Below the pieces are notes generated by a model. The model was not told the DNA's origin. It made no database searches and was given only the letters and a program-made list of their open reading frames with translations. This document shows, one piece after another, positions 22,482 to 35,055 of a stretch of 64,000 bases of DNA (within the stretch, counting starts at the first letter, position 1; each line of letters starts with the position of its first letter). Origin of the DNA: Rebecca billardiae RCC1528 (Eukaryota > Protista > Haptophyta); the NCBI GenBank assembly GCA_965240325.2, contig OZ251241.1:1054001-1118000 (forward strand). Direction: 5' to 3'. The translations under genes and the position numbers were made by a program.

Positions 22482-25400
22482 ATGGCAGCGCCGGAGACCG
22501 CGATGGCTGTGCAAGTTGCAGTGTCTGCAGCATCTGTGCCGATGCTCGGCAGTAGCAGCGGGCCCGTCGCCTCGAGTGGGCCACCGGTCGCTCACCTAGT
22601 CGCGCCGACGGCCACGGCCGTGCCGGCGCAGACCGCCGCGCCGCCGATGATGGCGGCGCCTGTGCCGGCGACGCCATTCATGGGCGCGACGGTCATGGCG
22701 ACGCCGAGCGCGGTGGAGGGTGGCGCGGCGGGGCCACTGGCGCTGGTTCCGGCGAACACAGTGGCGACGCCACACGTCTCGACGCCAATGGTCATCGCCA
22801 CCTCCTCGCCCGGCCCCGCCGCCGCCGGCGGCGGCGGCGGTGCGGCGCAAGCACCGCCCAATGGCAGCGCGGACGGCAACGACAGTGACGACGAGGAGAA
22901 CGACAACGGCATGGGCGCGCGGCCAGCCGGCGGCGGCAGCGGCAAGGGCAAGACGGGCATCTCGAAGAAGGCCTGGACGCCCGAGGAGGACAAGATCCTC
23001 TCGCAGATCGTCGAGCAGTACGGCGCGCAGAAGTGGTCGACTGTCGCGTCCTATCTCCCGGGGCGCGTCGGAAAGCAGTGCCGGTGCGCGCGCGTGCGCG
23101 CGGCGCTGCAGGCGGTGCGGTGCGGGGCTGGGCGTGGTGTGTCCGCGCGGCGCATACCCCGATCGCGCGCGGCGCCGAGCCCGGGTCGTAGCCCTCTGCC
23201 CCCGCCTGCGCGTCGGGCTCACGCGCCCTCGGCGCCCGCCCGCCGCGCGCCGCGCTCACCCGCTGCCTCCTTGCCGCCGCGCCCACTCGCTGCCTGCTTG
23301 CCGCCGCGCCCACTCGCTGCCTGCTTGCCGCCGCGCAGGGAGCGATGGTTCAACCACCTCTCCTCCGACGTGAAGAAGGGCGCGTGGACGGAGGAGGAGG
23401 ACAAGGCGATCATGGACATGGTCGCGCAGTACGGCACGCACTGGTCCCAGATCGTCAAGTTCATGCCCGGACGCACGGACAACGCCATTAAGAACCGGTG
23501 TGCAGTCCGGCGCGGCGCGGCGCGGCGCGGCGCTGAGCGCGCAGGCCGGGGGCGAGCGAGTGCGGACCTGAGCGCATGCCGGCTGCGCCGCGCGCCGCGC
23601 TGACGCGCCACACCCTCGGTGCATCGCGCGCACGCACGCCCGTCGCAACGCGTAGGTACAACTCCGCAATCCGCAAGCAGAACAGGCTGGCTGCGCGCGC
23701 AGCGGGCCAGGCGGCAGCGGCAGCAGCGGCGGCGGCAGCAGCTGCGGCAGCGGCAGCGGAGGCGGAGGCTGCGCAAGCGGCGCAGGCGGCGGCGCAGGAG
23801 GCCGCGGCGCGCGAGGCCGCGGCGAACGGCCTACCCCTCGCGACCGCGCTCATGGGCTCGGCGCCAGCAATGCCGGCGGTGCTCGCTGACGAGTCGGCCG
23901 CGCTGGCCGCGCTCGGTGCCGCCGAGGGCGCAGGTGACTGGACGGGCAAGGGCGGAGCAAGCGCCGCCGGTGCCAAGAGGACTCGCGCCAAGGGCAAGGG
24001 CGGCGGCAAGGGCGGCAAGGGCGGCAAGGCGGCGGGTGTGGAGGCGGCGGAGGCGGAGGTGCTGCCCAACGGCGCCGATGCGCCCAGCGCCGCGCCCAAG
24101 CCCAAGCCCAAGAAGGGCGGCGGCTCGAACAAGCGCAAGCGCGACCCGGCAGCCAACGCGGAGGCGTCAGCCGCTCGGATCTCCGCCCTCGCCGCGCAGC
24201 TGGCCGCGTGCACTGAGGACACGCCGGAGCGGCGCGAGCTGATCAGCAAGTTCATGGCGGAGCTGCAGCAGTCGGACTCGAAGGCGGGGCGCGCGCGCGG
24301 CGCCAAGGCCGCCGCGCCCATGCAGGCCTCCGGCACCGCCGACGGTCCTGTGGTCGATTCACAACTCAAGGGTGCTTGGCAGGTGCGGGCGCCGCGCGGG
24401 CGCCGCGCGGGCGCAGCGCGCCTCGGCGCGCGTGCGCGACCGCCGCCGCCCGCGCGGCAGAGCTCGCGGCCTGCGCGTGCACCGCGGCGAGCCGCCACCC
24501 CGCGGGAGCCCAGCCGAGCCCGCACCCGCCATCCCTCCGCTCACGGCCCTCCTCCCGCCCTCACACACGCTCGGCTCCCGGCGACCGCGCCGCGCCGTGC
24601 GCCACCGATCGCCACCGGCTGTGCGCTCGGGCGCACGCGCAGGCCCTGTTGGGAGATGGCTGCCCGAGCGCGCACCGCGACTCCACATTCGACTTCTCGT
24701 CGTTCATGGTGCAGGACGGCGCCCTCGGCAGCTCGAGAGAACGAACGCCGCCCGCGGACGGCGCCGGCGGCGGGAGCGGCGGCTCGCCCGCCGCGCTGGA
24801 GGCGCTGAGGCAGTGCCTCTCGAGCGCTGGCGCTGAGCACGGGCGGCTGCAGTTGGGCTCCCCGCCCTCGCTGCAGGCGTCGCCGGTCGCCATCGCGTTC
24901 GCCGCGGCGATGGGCGACCTCTCCGCCGCGCCCGCGCCCTCGGGCCTCGGCGTCGGCCCGCTCCCTCCGCTTCCGTCCGCGCGCCCGTCAGCGCTCCGCG
25001 CGAGCGAGCGACCGAGCGCGCCCGGGCTGACCATCACGGCGCCCGACGGCGGCTCGGGCGCTCGCGCGCCGGACACGGCGACGGCTGCGCGCGAGATTCT
25101 GGCAAAGTTCGAGCTGGACGAGAGCGTAGGCGGGCCGCACACGGGCGGGCCGCACGCGGGCGTGGCGGGCGCTGCCGACGGACGCACCGCGCACGCCGGC
25201 CACGGCGCGGCGCGCACGCCGGCCAGCGCGACGGACAGTCTTGCCGCGAGGCGTGAGCCGCGTGCGCGGCGCCGCCCAAAGCCGCACGGCGGCGGCGCGG
25301 CCAGCTCGCCCAACGCGACGGGTGGCTCGGGCAGCACCGCGCCAGCGGGGAGCGGCGCGCAGACGGCGGAGGTCTCGCCGGAGGGCGATGGCGCGCAGGA

Positions 25401-25548
25401 CTGGTTCGCGACGTATGCGGCCGCCGGCGGCGGCCGCGGCACCTCGGCGGGCGGCGGCGGCGCCATGAGCGGCGGCAACAAGCTCGCTGGCCTCTCCCCT
25501 GCGCTCACCCCGTCCAACCTCGGCGACTTTCTGGTCGACGCCTTCTGA
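22482..25548 (+). CDS. R2R3-type MYB transcription factor; exons 22482-23083, 23339-23497, 23656-24382, 24643-25548
   Basis: Repeats KKAWTPEEDKIL...GRVGKQCR-ERWFNHL and KKGAWTEEED...GRTDNAIKNR-YN. Three frame-consistent GT-AG introns. Confidence 0.93.
23261..23336. repeat. 27-bp intronic tandem repeat (~3 copies) next to the acceptor site
   Basis: Unit cgctgcctgcttgccgccgcgcccact. Confidence 0.85.
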
Positions 25549-25999
25549 ATCTGACCGACGATCCGGAGAGCGCGGCGCTCCGCCGACCGGAGGGTGTCGT
25601 CCCGACCGAACACCAAGGCCGCTCGCCATGCAGGTGACGACGACGCGCGCGTCCGCAACGCGTCCGGCCCCCGGGCTCGGCACCCGCTGCGCCTGCCGCG
25701 CCTCGGCGGCCCGGACCGCGCTCCGCTCACCGCTGTCCCGTGCCCGAGTCTCAGCGCGACATCGGTCAGTCGTCAGACGACGTTCATCGTCGTGTATTTA
25801 TTTTGCCGTGCATCACCGTTCCTCACTCTCACTCCTCAGCCTTTATTAACCGTGTCCAGTCGTTCGCGACGGAAAGTTCTGCGGCGCGCTCTCCAGGAAG
25901 CCTCCTGGAAGCTTGGCCACCGGACTGTCTCACGGCCAACCCCGGCGGATTCCGCCCGGCGGCCGTCAGCACTCCCACGTCTAGACTGCTGCTCGCGCC

Positions 26000-27100
26000 A
26001 TGGCAGAGCGTGCGACTGATGACGACGGCGCGATTGTCTTGCTCGAACACATCAACCTGAACACCGACGATCCAAAGGCCTCGCTCACCTTCTTCCTCGA
26101 CGGCCTCGGCCTCGCGCAGGACCCGAGGATGGGCGAGAGTGTCGACGGCAAGGTGCACGTCAACACCACGATGTGGCTGAACGCCGGCCTCTCGCAGCTG
26201 CACATGCCGATCACGACGCGCGGCGCGTCGGGGCCGCCGACGAATGTGCTCAACGGCCGGATCCATCTCGACGTGCCGTCGCTCTCCGAGGCACGCGCGC
26301 GGCTGGCCGCAGTCGCGCCCGCGCTCGCTCGCACCCGGTTTGGCGTGGACTCCGAGCAGGTGGACTCCGAGGGCGGCGAGGCGCTGCTGGTGACGGACCC
26401 GGCAGGCAATCTGTTTGTCCTCCGCGAGCGTGACGCGTCTGCCCGTGACACGCGCTGCTACCACCCGGGGGAGCCCTCGTGGTGCCTCGGCATCCCGCTC
26501 GTCGAGGTGGCGTGCCCGCCCGGCACCGCCCCGGCCATCGCGCGCTACTACCAGCACTACTTTGGGGCGCGCGCGCACGCGGAGGCGGGCGTGGCGACGG
26601 TGGCGACGGGTCCCGCGCAGCGGCTTCGGTTCTACGAGGATGAGACCGTGCACGCGCCCGCCCTCGGCGCGGACGGGCGCGTCGTGCCCGGCTACCACCA
26701 GCAGCCGCACGGGCTTCACGTCTGCGTGTACCTCGACCGAACGCATGCGAGCGCGCTCAAGCGGCTGGCGGGGGACGGCCTTCTCTGGGGCAACCCGCGG
26801 TACAGGGACCTCGACCACTCGCTCGGCGCGACGCAGTTCCGATGCAAGGACATCGTCGACCCGTCGCAGCCGGGCAGAGTCCTCTTCGAGCTGGAGCACG
26901 AGGTGCGTACGACTGCGCACGCGACGTCACCGTTCTCGCACGCGCAGCCGTACAAGCTGCCGCCGCCGCGCTCGGAGACCGTGCCTCGGCTCGTGAGCGA
27001 GGTGACCGATGCGTACGAGAAGGACTTCGCGGCTGTGCGCGCCGCAAAGGAGGCCATCAAGGAGGGCTGGGTGCCCTCAGCCCCGCCCATCTTGGCTTGA
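26000..27100 (+). CDS. VOC/glyoxalase-like superfamily protein
   Basis: LEHINL...FFLDGLGL, WLNAGLSQLHMP, TDPAGNLFVL, a second repeat IARYYQHYFGA, and a C-terminal LFELEHEVR. Confidence 0.75.
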   Translation: MAERATDDDGAIVLLEHINLNTDDPKASLTFFLDGLGLAQDPRMGESVDGKVHVNTTMWLNAGLSQLHMPITTRGASGPPTNVLNGRIHLDVPSLSEARARLAAVAPALARTRFGVDSEQVDSEGGEALLVTDPAGNLFVLRERDASARDTRCYHPGEPSWCLGIPLVEVACPPGTAPAIARYYQHYFGARAHAEAGVATVATGPAQRLRFYEDETVHAPALGADGRVVPGYHQQPHGLHVCVYLDRTHASALKRLAGDGLLWGNPRYRDLDHSLGATQFRCKDIVDPSQPGRVLFELEHEVRTTAHATSPFSHAQPYKLPPPRSETVPRLVSEVTDAYEKDFAAVRAAKEAIKEGWVPSAPPILA

Positions 27101-28123
27101 GGCACGGGCGCGGCGCTGCTGGCCTTCAAGTTTCGGACCTGTCGGCTGTCACTGTCATTCGGCCGCGCGCTGCGGGCCGTAACTTCAAAGCTGGCCGAGA
27201 CCGACGCGGTGACAGTAGAGTCTCGGACTGACGGGATCCCCTGAGGCCTGACTGACTGATGGCAGTGACTGGCTGAGTACCGCGCCATTGAATGTCGATT
27301 CAGTCTGATGTGAGGCATAAAGCAGGCGCCGGTTACTACTCATCAGACGGAGTCCGCCACCGCCACTGCGAGTGGGGCTCAGACTGCCGCACGGCGGCAC
27401 GGGCCGGCGGCACGGGCCGGGACGTGACATGGAGCAGGCCTGCCGGGCTCACTCTGCGTCGCCACTCAAGGCTTAGCTGTCACTGACCGACTGTACATAC
27501 CAGTTGTCAATTACCCGATGATGAATCGTCATCGGATGCTAGCTGCATGCCTGATGATGGGCAATGAGTCAGAGCGCGCCGCGTGCGCCTGCCGGATTGA
27601 GATTCGGGATTATCAGCAGGTGGAACAGATATTGGCGCCAATCCGCGAGACCGACTGATCGCCAACAACCCGCTGCGAGACCGAGCTCTTCCCGGCTGTG
27701 CGCGTGCATGGGCATTTGCACTGCCTCAAGAAGGCGACAGGCGCGCGGTCAGTGTCTCACTCTCAGCATGGCATGGCAGCGGCTGAGCCGCGCCATGCGC
27801 GTGCGCCGCCACGCAGAATGGGCGACATACAACCCCGCGCCGCTGCCACCGCCAACGCGAGCGCTCTTTGGTATTGTGACGAAGAGCAATCGTGCCTCCT
27901 CGTCACCGTGCGCAAAGAGAGGGCCGCGCTTGCTATGAGGGCAGACCGCAGGGACGCAGACGCCATCTTGCGCCGCATCTGGCCGGTCGCGGGTCGGGGT
28001 CCTGGCCGACGACGTCCCCGCGGTCTCCCGGACTCTGAAATCTCAGCTCCGGAGCGCAAGATGGACGGTCGCTTGGCGACGAGCACACGCGCGCGCGCGC
28101 GACCGAACCTCATCGGCCTCGCC

Positions 28124-29989
28124 ATGCCGCCGACGGCCCTCATCGCCTCATGCCTTCTCGTCCTCGCCCCCATGGCCCGCGGCCTGCGCGTGCCCGGGCC
28201 GCAGACGACGCGCGTCTTCGGTGCTCTTGACAAGCGCGCGATCAGCTCGGTGGGAGGCGCGGGCGGTACCTCGCGCCTGGACAGCTTGCTCGCGCTCGAT
28301 GCGGAGCTCCAGCAGCTCCACGAAGGCGAGTGGCCGAGGCTTAGAGATCCATTCGTGCGCACAGTGGACGAGCCACTGCCAGCGCACGGCGAGGCGGTGG
28401 ATGTGGCCGTGTGCGGTGGCACGCTTGGCATCCTTCTGGCGTGCGCCTTGCAACAGCTGGGCCACCGCGTGGCCGTGATCGAGGCGGGCCCTTTGAAGGG
28501 GCGGCAGCAGGACTGGAACACCTCCGAGGACGAGCTGCGCGCGCTCTGTGCCCTCGGCGTCCTGGACGAGAGCGAGCTCGCCGAGGTGGCACCGCGCCGC
28601 TTCGGGCCGATGCGGTGCGCCTTCGGCCCGGAGCCAGGCTTTGAGCTCAGTCTCTCCGGCGTGTTGGACATAGCCGTCTCGCCCGAGGCGCTGCTCCGGC
28701 GCGTGCGCGCGCGCTTCGAGGCGGCGGGCGGCGTGGTGCTGGAGCGCACGCGCGTGGGCGGCGTCTTCGTCCACCCGGACGGCGCGCGGCTCAGCCTCAG
28801 CGCCGCTGGCGCCGACGACTCAGACCTGACGCTGCGCTGCCGCCTGCTCGTGGACTGCATGGGCCATCGCTCGCCCATCGCGCTGCAGCAGCGCGGCGGG
28901 CAGAGGCCGGACGGCGTGTGCGTGCAGGTGGGCTGCTGCGCGTCCGCTGAGGGCTTCGCGCAGTGGGGCGAGCGTGGCGACTTCTTCTGCACCGCCGACG
29001 CCGCCGCCGCGGCAGGCCCCAACGGTCGCGCGCGCGTGCAGCACTTTTGGCAGGCGTTCCCGACGAGCGGCCCGCCTCTGGAGCGCACCGTGTACATGTT
29101 CACCTATCTGCGCCCCGGCCCCGAGATGCCTGGCCTGGTGGACACCCTCGAGGCCTTCTGGGAGCGCCTGCCCGCGTACCAGCGCCTCGACAGCGCGCGC
29201 GCGCCAGCCAGCGGTGCTGACGAGCCAGGCGGCGGCAGTGCGGACACGCTCGCACAGCTGAACGTGTCGCGTGTGGTGTATGGCTGGTTCCCCACGTACC
29301 GCCGGAACGCGCCCCTCGCGCCGGCGTTCGACCGCGTGCTCTCGGTGGGCGACGCGTCGGCCGTGCAGTCGCCGCTGTCCTTTGGCGGCTTCTGCGCCAT
29401 GCTGCGCCACCTGCCCCGTCTGCGCCGCGGCATCGACCTCGCACTGCGCGCCGATGCGCTCGGCCAAGCCGACCTGCGGCGCATGACGCCCTACTTGCCC
29501 AACCTGGCGAGCGCGTGGATGTCCTCCGCGGCGATGACCGCGCGCGCGTACGACCGGCCCGCCGAGCCGTCCACCATCGTCAACGCGCTGCTGGAGGGCA
29601 ACTTCAAGGTCATGGATCAACTACCGCGCGCGCAGGCTGTCGTCTTCTTCCGCGACGTGACGACGCTGCAGACGCTCCTCGCCGTGCTCCTCGGGCAGAC
29701 GCTCACGATGGCGCCACTGCTGCCCGCGGTCGTGGCGGAGCTCGGCCTGGCGGAGCTCGCAGAGTTCAGCGTGCACCTCGGTATGCTCGCGCTCTACACG
29801 GCGGCGGCGGCACTCCTGGTGCCGCCGGATGCCTCAGAGCACCATGCGCGGACGGGGCCACGGCCCGCGGCCGCGGGGCTCCAGGACCACGGCATATCTG
29901 CCGGTGAGCCTACGGTGGCGGTGTCGCTGAAGGCCTTCCGCCGATCGTGCAGGCGCGATGCGTGGCTGTACGGGAGCGGATTGAAATGA
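28124..29989 (+). CDS. cruP: CruA/CruP-family FAD-dependent protein (lycopene cyclase paralog), probably plastid-targeted
   Basis: DVAVCGGTLG, GRQQDWNTS, DCMGHRSPI, VGDASAVQSPLSFGGFCAMLRHL. N-terminal signal peptide MPPTALIASCLLVLA. Confidence 0.85.
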   Translation: MPPTALIASCLLVLAPMARGLRVPGPQTTRVFGALDKRAISSVGGAGGTSRLDSLLALDAELQQLHEGEWPRLRDPFVRTVDEPLPAHGEAVDVAVCGGTLGILLACALQQLGHRVAVIEAGPLKGRQQDWNTSEDELRALCALGVLDESELAEVAPRRFGPMRCAFGPEPGFELSLSGVLDIAVSPEALLRRVRARFEAAGGVVLERTRVGGVFVHPDGARLSLSAAGADDSDLTLRCRLLVDCMGHRSPIALQQRGGQRPDGVCVQVGCCASAEGFAQWGERGDFFCTADAAAAAGPNGRARVQHFWQAFPTSGPPLERTVYMFTYLRPGPEMPGLVDTLEAFWERLPAYQRLDSARAPASGADEPGGGSADTLAQLNVSRVVYGWFPTYRRNAPLAPAFDRVLSVGDASAVQSPLSFGGFCAMLRHLPRLRRGIDLALRADALGQADLRRMTPYLPNLASAWMSSAAMTARAYDRPAEPSTIVNALLEGNFKVMDQLPRAQAVVFFRDVTTLQTLLAVLLGQTLTMAPLLPAVVAELGLAELAEFSVHLGMLALYTAAAALLVPPDASEHHARTGPRPAAAGLQDHGISAGEPTVAVSLKAFRRSCRRDAWLYGSGLK

Positions 29990-30459
29990 AGTATGCGCTG
30001 ATGACGACGACGCCGATGCCCGATGACAATATCTCGATCCTGCATATCATGCATGCCCGCGTGATCATATCGCGGCCCTGACGCCGCGGGCGCCGGCCGC
30101 CGCGCTGCAGTGTTGTATGCAACGGGCAATATATATAAAAAGTACACTGATGAGTCTCTGACGATACGATTATTCGAGATCGCCGCGGGGCCGCCTGATC
30201 GTCGCCAGGCGGCTGAGAAGCCCACCGCCGCAGCCCGTACTGCAGGTGAGCAGGAGTCCAGCATCGTCATCGTCATGTCCGCACCGGAAATCATCCGCTC
30301 CGTTCCCGCCGCAGCAGAGGCAAGCGCCGGCCGCGACGCGCGTGGACTGCGCGCGCGGCCTGTCAGGGCCAGACGTCGGTGAGGTGATGCGTGGCGCCGA
30401 GTGACACAGAAAGCAGAGCGGAAGCGGAGCCCCGCGGGGCGCAGGTACGCCCGGCGGGC

Positions 30460-33400
30460 TCAACCGCCGTCAGCGGCTGACGCGTGCACAAAGTCGTCAC
30501 CAGCACTGATGTGGGCGATGAGGTCGCCCACCTCGATCGACGCCCCTGGCTTGACGCCCAGCCGGGAGATGAAGCCCGAGATAGGCGCCGTGACGGTCGT
30601 CTCCATTTTCATCGCCTGCCGCGCAGCGACGCCACGGGCGTGCGCGCGGTCAGAATCCGGTGGGCGCGCGCGGCGCGTCGCGCGTGGCACCGTGGCGCGT
30701 CAGTTGCGTCAGCGCGCGGCGCGCGGCGCGCGGCGCGCACCGACATGACTGCGAGCGGCTGCCCCTTCTCCACCGCGTCGCCCTTGGCGACCTTGAGGCT
30801 GACGACCACGCCGGACAGCGGCGAGCCGACCGAGCCGTCGTCGATCGGGTCCGCCTTCTCCGTCTTACCCGCGTCGTCGTCGGGCGTCGCCTTGTCGTCG
30901 CGCACCTGCACGACGCGAGGCTCGCCGTTCACCTCGAAGAGCACCGAGCGCATGCCGCTGGGCAGCGCCTGCGTCGTGCCTGTGCGGCGCGTGCGAGCGG
31001 GCGGGTGCGGCCGGCACGTGTCAGGTGGCCGCGCCAGCCGTACACCCTCTCGGCAGGGCACGCGCGCGCGCGCACGCGCGCGCGCAGACGAGCGGACGCG
31101 CGCGCGCGCAGACGAGCGGACGCGCGCGCGCGCCGCGCGAGAGCGGACGCGCACCGAGCATCTTGATCTCGCACTCCTTGTTGGTGCCGTCGACGAAGTG
31201 GACGGCCTCGCCCACCTCGAGCGGGTGCAGGAAGGCGTGCGTGGGCAGCAGCGACACGTTGCCGTACTTGAGCTGGTACTGCTGGAAGTCGTCGAACACC
31301 GTCGGGTAGAGCGCGTGCGACACGACGTCCTCCTCACTCATCTTCGCCTGCAGGAAGCGCTGCGCGAGGTGGCGCTCGGCGCCGTCGAAGTCGTACGCGG
31401 GCATCGACGCGCCGGGGCGGCCCTCGATCGAGGGCTCGCCCTTGAGCACCTGCGTGCGCAGCGGCTCGGGGAAGCCGCCCGGCGGGATGCCGATCTCGCC
31501 CCTGAAGTACTCCACGACGGACGACGGGAAGTCGAGGTCCGCGGCCTTGGCCGTGACCTCCTCCGGGCCGAGATCGTTGGCAACCATGAAGTTGGCCATG
31601 TCGCCCACGACCTTGGACGAGGGCGTCACCTTGATCACGTCGCCGAGCAGGATGTTCGCCTGCGCGTACGCGCGCTTCACCTGCGTCCACCGCCCCTCGA
31701 GCCCGAGCTGCCGCGTCTGGAACATCAGGTTGGTGTACTGCCCGCCCGGAATCTCGTTGAGATACACATCTGCCGAGCCGGCGAGCTGGCCCGACTCGAA
31801 TGGCCCGTACATCTGGCGAGTGAGCTCCCAGTACTCGTTGAGCGGCTCGATGGACTCAAGGGAGATGCCCGTGTCCTTGTCGGTGCCCGTGGTCGCGCCG
31901 ATCAGCGCGCCCATCGACGGCTGCGACGTCATCCCGCTCATCGCGTCGATCGCGCAGTCCACGATGTCCGCGCCCGCCTCGGCGGCGGCCAGCATGGACG
32001 CCACGCCCGTGCCGGCCGTGTCGTGCGTGTGCACGTGGATGGGCATGTCGGGGAACTCGGCGCGGAGCGCGCCGACGAGCATCCGCGCCGCGTCGGGCTT
32101 GAGCAGCCCCGCCATGTCCTTGATCGCGAGGATGTGCACGCCGAGCGCGTGCAGCTGGCGCGCGTACTCCATGTAGTAATCGAGCGTGTACTTGCGCTTC
32201 TTCGGATCGCACAGGTCGCCCGAGTAGCAGATCGTCGCCTCGATGACGCCGCCGGCCGAGCCGACCGCGTCGATGCCGAGCTTCATGTTGTCGATGTAGT
32301 TGAGCGAGTCGAAGACGCGGAAGACGTCCACGCCGTTGCGCACCGCCAGCTCGCAGAACTTGTGCACCACGTTGTCCGCGTAGCTCGTGTACCCGACCGC
32401 GTTGGCGCCGCGCAGCAGCATCTGGAAGGGCACGCTGGGCGCGGCGGCGCGGAGCGCGCGCAGCCGGTCCCACGGGTCCTCGCGGAGGAAGCGCATCGAG
32501 ACGTCGTAGGTCGCGCCGCCCCACATCTCGAGGGAGAACGCCGAGCGCAGCGCCGCGTCGGTCGCCGGCGCCGCGGCGAGAAGCTCGCCCGTCCGCATCC
32601 GCGTGGCGAGCAGCGACTGGTGCGCGTCGCGCCACGTCGTGTCGGTGAGAAGTAGGCCCTTGTGCGCGCGCACCGCCTTGGCAAAGCCCGCGGGCCCCTC
32701 GCGGAGCAGCACGTCCCGCCAGCCCTTGGGCGCGTCGGGCGTGCTGTGCGCGTACCCCGCCTTCGGCGGCGTCACCAGCTTCACCGACGGCTTCACCTCC
32801 GCGTTCGCGCCGAGCGACTTGGGCTGGCCGTTCACCTTGAGGTTGGCGAGGTAGTTGACAAGCAAGTCTGTCTGCGCGCGCGGCTTGAGCGCGAGCCCCT
32901 TCGCCTCGTCGACGGCCGCGCCGGTCTTGGCGCGCGCGAGGAGCTCGGGGCCGCGCTCCTCGATGTAGCTCGTGTCCACGCCGCCCTTGATGAACACCTC
33001 GTCCGTCATCACCGCGAGCAGGAAGCCCAGGTTCGTGTGCAGGCCGTCGACCGTGAACTCGCCGAGCGCGCGCCGCATGCGGTGGCACGCCGTCGGCAGC
33101 GAGTCGGCGCGCGCGGTGATCTTCGTGAGCAACGAGTCGTAGTGCGGCGAGATGGTGAGCCCGGTGTACCCCACGCCGTCGAGCCGGATGCCCGGGCCCG
33201 CGGGCGAGCGGTAGTTCGTGATCGTCCCCGTGTCCGGCCGGAAGTTGTCGTTGGGGTCCTCGGTGGTGATGCGGCACTGGATGGCGACGCCGCGCATCGA
33301 GAGCTTGTCCTGCGTGATCCCCATCTGCTGCAGCGTCTCGCCCGCGGCGACGCGGATCTGCGCCTGCACGAGGTCGATCCCCGTGATCTCCTCCGTGATC

Positions 33401-34548
33401 GTGTGCTCCACCTGGATCCGCGGGTTCACCTCGATGAAGTAGTGCTTCCCCTCCTGGTCGACGAGGAACTCGACCGTGCCCGCGGCACGGTACTTGGTCG
33501 CCTTTGCAATCTGCACCGCGTCCGCGTGCAGCTGCGCGCGGAGCGTGTCGTCGAGGCCGATGGCGGGGGCGATCTCGACGACCTTCTGGTGTCGCCGCTG
33601 CACCGAGCAGTCCCGCTCGAACAGGTGCACCACGTCGCCCGTCCCGTCGCCCAGCACCTGCACCTCGACGTGCCGAGGCCGCTCAATGTACTTCTCGAGG
33701 AAGACGGTGCCATCGCCAAACGACGCCAGCGCCTCCGACATCGCCGCGGGCACGCCGGCGCGGAGCTCGTCCATGGTGCGCACGACGCGCATGCCCTTCC
33801 CGCCGCCGCCCATCGCCGCCTTCACCATGATCGGCAGCCCCGCCTTCTCCGCGAACGCCACCGCCTCGTCGACGTCCGCGACCGCGTCCGAGCCCGGGAT
33901 CACCGGCAGGCCAGCGGCGATCGCCATCTCGCGCGCGTCCGTCTTGGAGCCGAACTCGGAGATGGTGGTGGGAGACGGGCCGATGAAGACGATGCCGTTC
34001 GCCTCGCACTGCTTCGCAAAGTCCGCGTTCTCCGAGAGGAAGCCGTACCCCGGGTGGATCGCCTGCGCGCCCGTCGCCTTGGCGGCTTTGATGATCGTCG
34101 GGATGTCGAGGTACGCGCCGACCGGCGTCATCTCGGAGCCCTCGGGGTTGAGGAGGTACGCCTGGTCCGCGGCGTAGCGGTGCTTCGCGTACTCGTCCTC
34201 CCGCGAGTAGATCGAGATCGCCTGCGCGCCCAGCTCGTGGATCGCGCGGCACACGCGCGTCGCAATCTCGCCGCGGTTCGCGACGAGGATGCGCTCGAAC
34301 GGAGGCTTCGACAGGTCAGGCGGCGTGAGCGCGGCGGCGGTGGTCTCCGACTGTTTGGGCGGCGACATCGTCATGGCGACCCGCGCCGAGCGCGCGCGCG
34401 CGGCGCCGCGCAGCGGAGCCGCCGCGGCACGCGCGTGCGCGGCCGGTGCGCGCGCGGCGGCCGGAGCGCGCGCCGTGTGCAGCACGGTCGCGGCGGAGGC
34501 GGTGCAGACAGCGACGAGCGCCAGGAGCGCGGTGTGTGCTGGCGCCAT
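30460..34548 (-). CDS. PYC: Pyruvate carboxylase, plastid-targeted; exons 34548-31155, 30979-30741, 30615-30460
   Basis: BC domain (ANRGEIA, HPGYGFLSEN, RDCSVQRRHQK), CT domain (TDTTWRDAHQS, WGGATYD, IKDMAG, HVHTH) and biotinyl motif AMKM. Signal peptide plus Ala/Arg-rich transit peptide. Confidence 0.97.
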
Positions 34549-35055
34549 GGTGCAGACGCGCGCCGGTGGTGAGGCTGTCGACGCTCACGCGCAGATGCCG
34601 GCTGCGCTCGCGCAGCGGTCGCGAGACGACGGCCGAACCCCGCGGTTGCCGGCTGGCACGTACACAGCGCGTTGCGTCAAGCCGGCCTGCGCGGCGCTCG
34701 TCCTGGACAAGCTGCGAGGCGTGGTGAGCAGCCGGAGTGTCCCAACGCGATTGCGTGGCTGCTTACCGGATTTACCCCGATTTGTATGGTGTGACGCTTC
34801 GTCGCCGAGCAAAAGGGACGAAGGGCCAATAATAAGATTGGAGTTTGGCGTCGGAATAATTGTGCAGGCAGCCCGCCGCAGAAATCGCGGGGCTCTAAAA
34901 AATCCGGGCTCTTTTAGCCGCCGCCATCGTGAACATCATCGATCGTCACGCAACATCATCGCAGCGCCGTTGCGGCCCGAGGGACGCCGGCAGCGGCCTC
35001 GAGGCGTGCCGAGGAGAGACAGGACGAGGCGCACGCGTCACGCGCGCCCACGCGC

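Noticed and set aside
30484-34572. Long antisense or alternative-frame ORFs over PYC, and likewise over dynamin, RBM26 and SHPRH
   Set aside because: Shadow ORFs caused by extreme GC3; low-complexity R/A/G translations.
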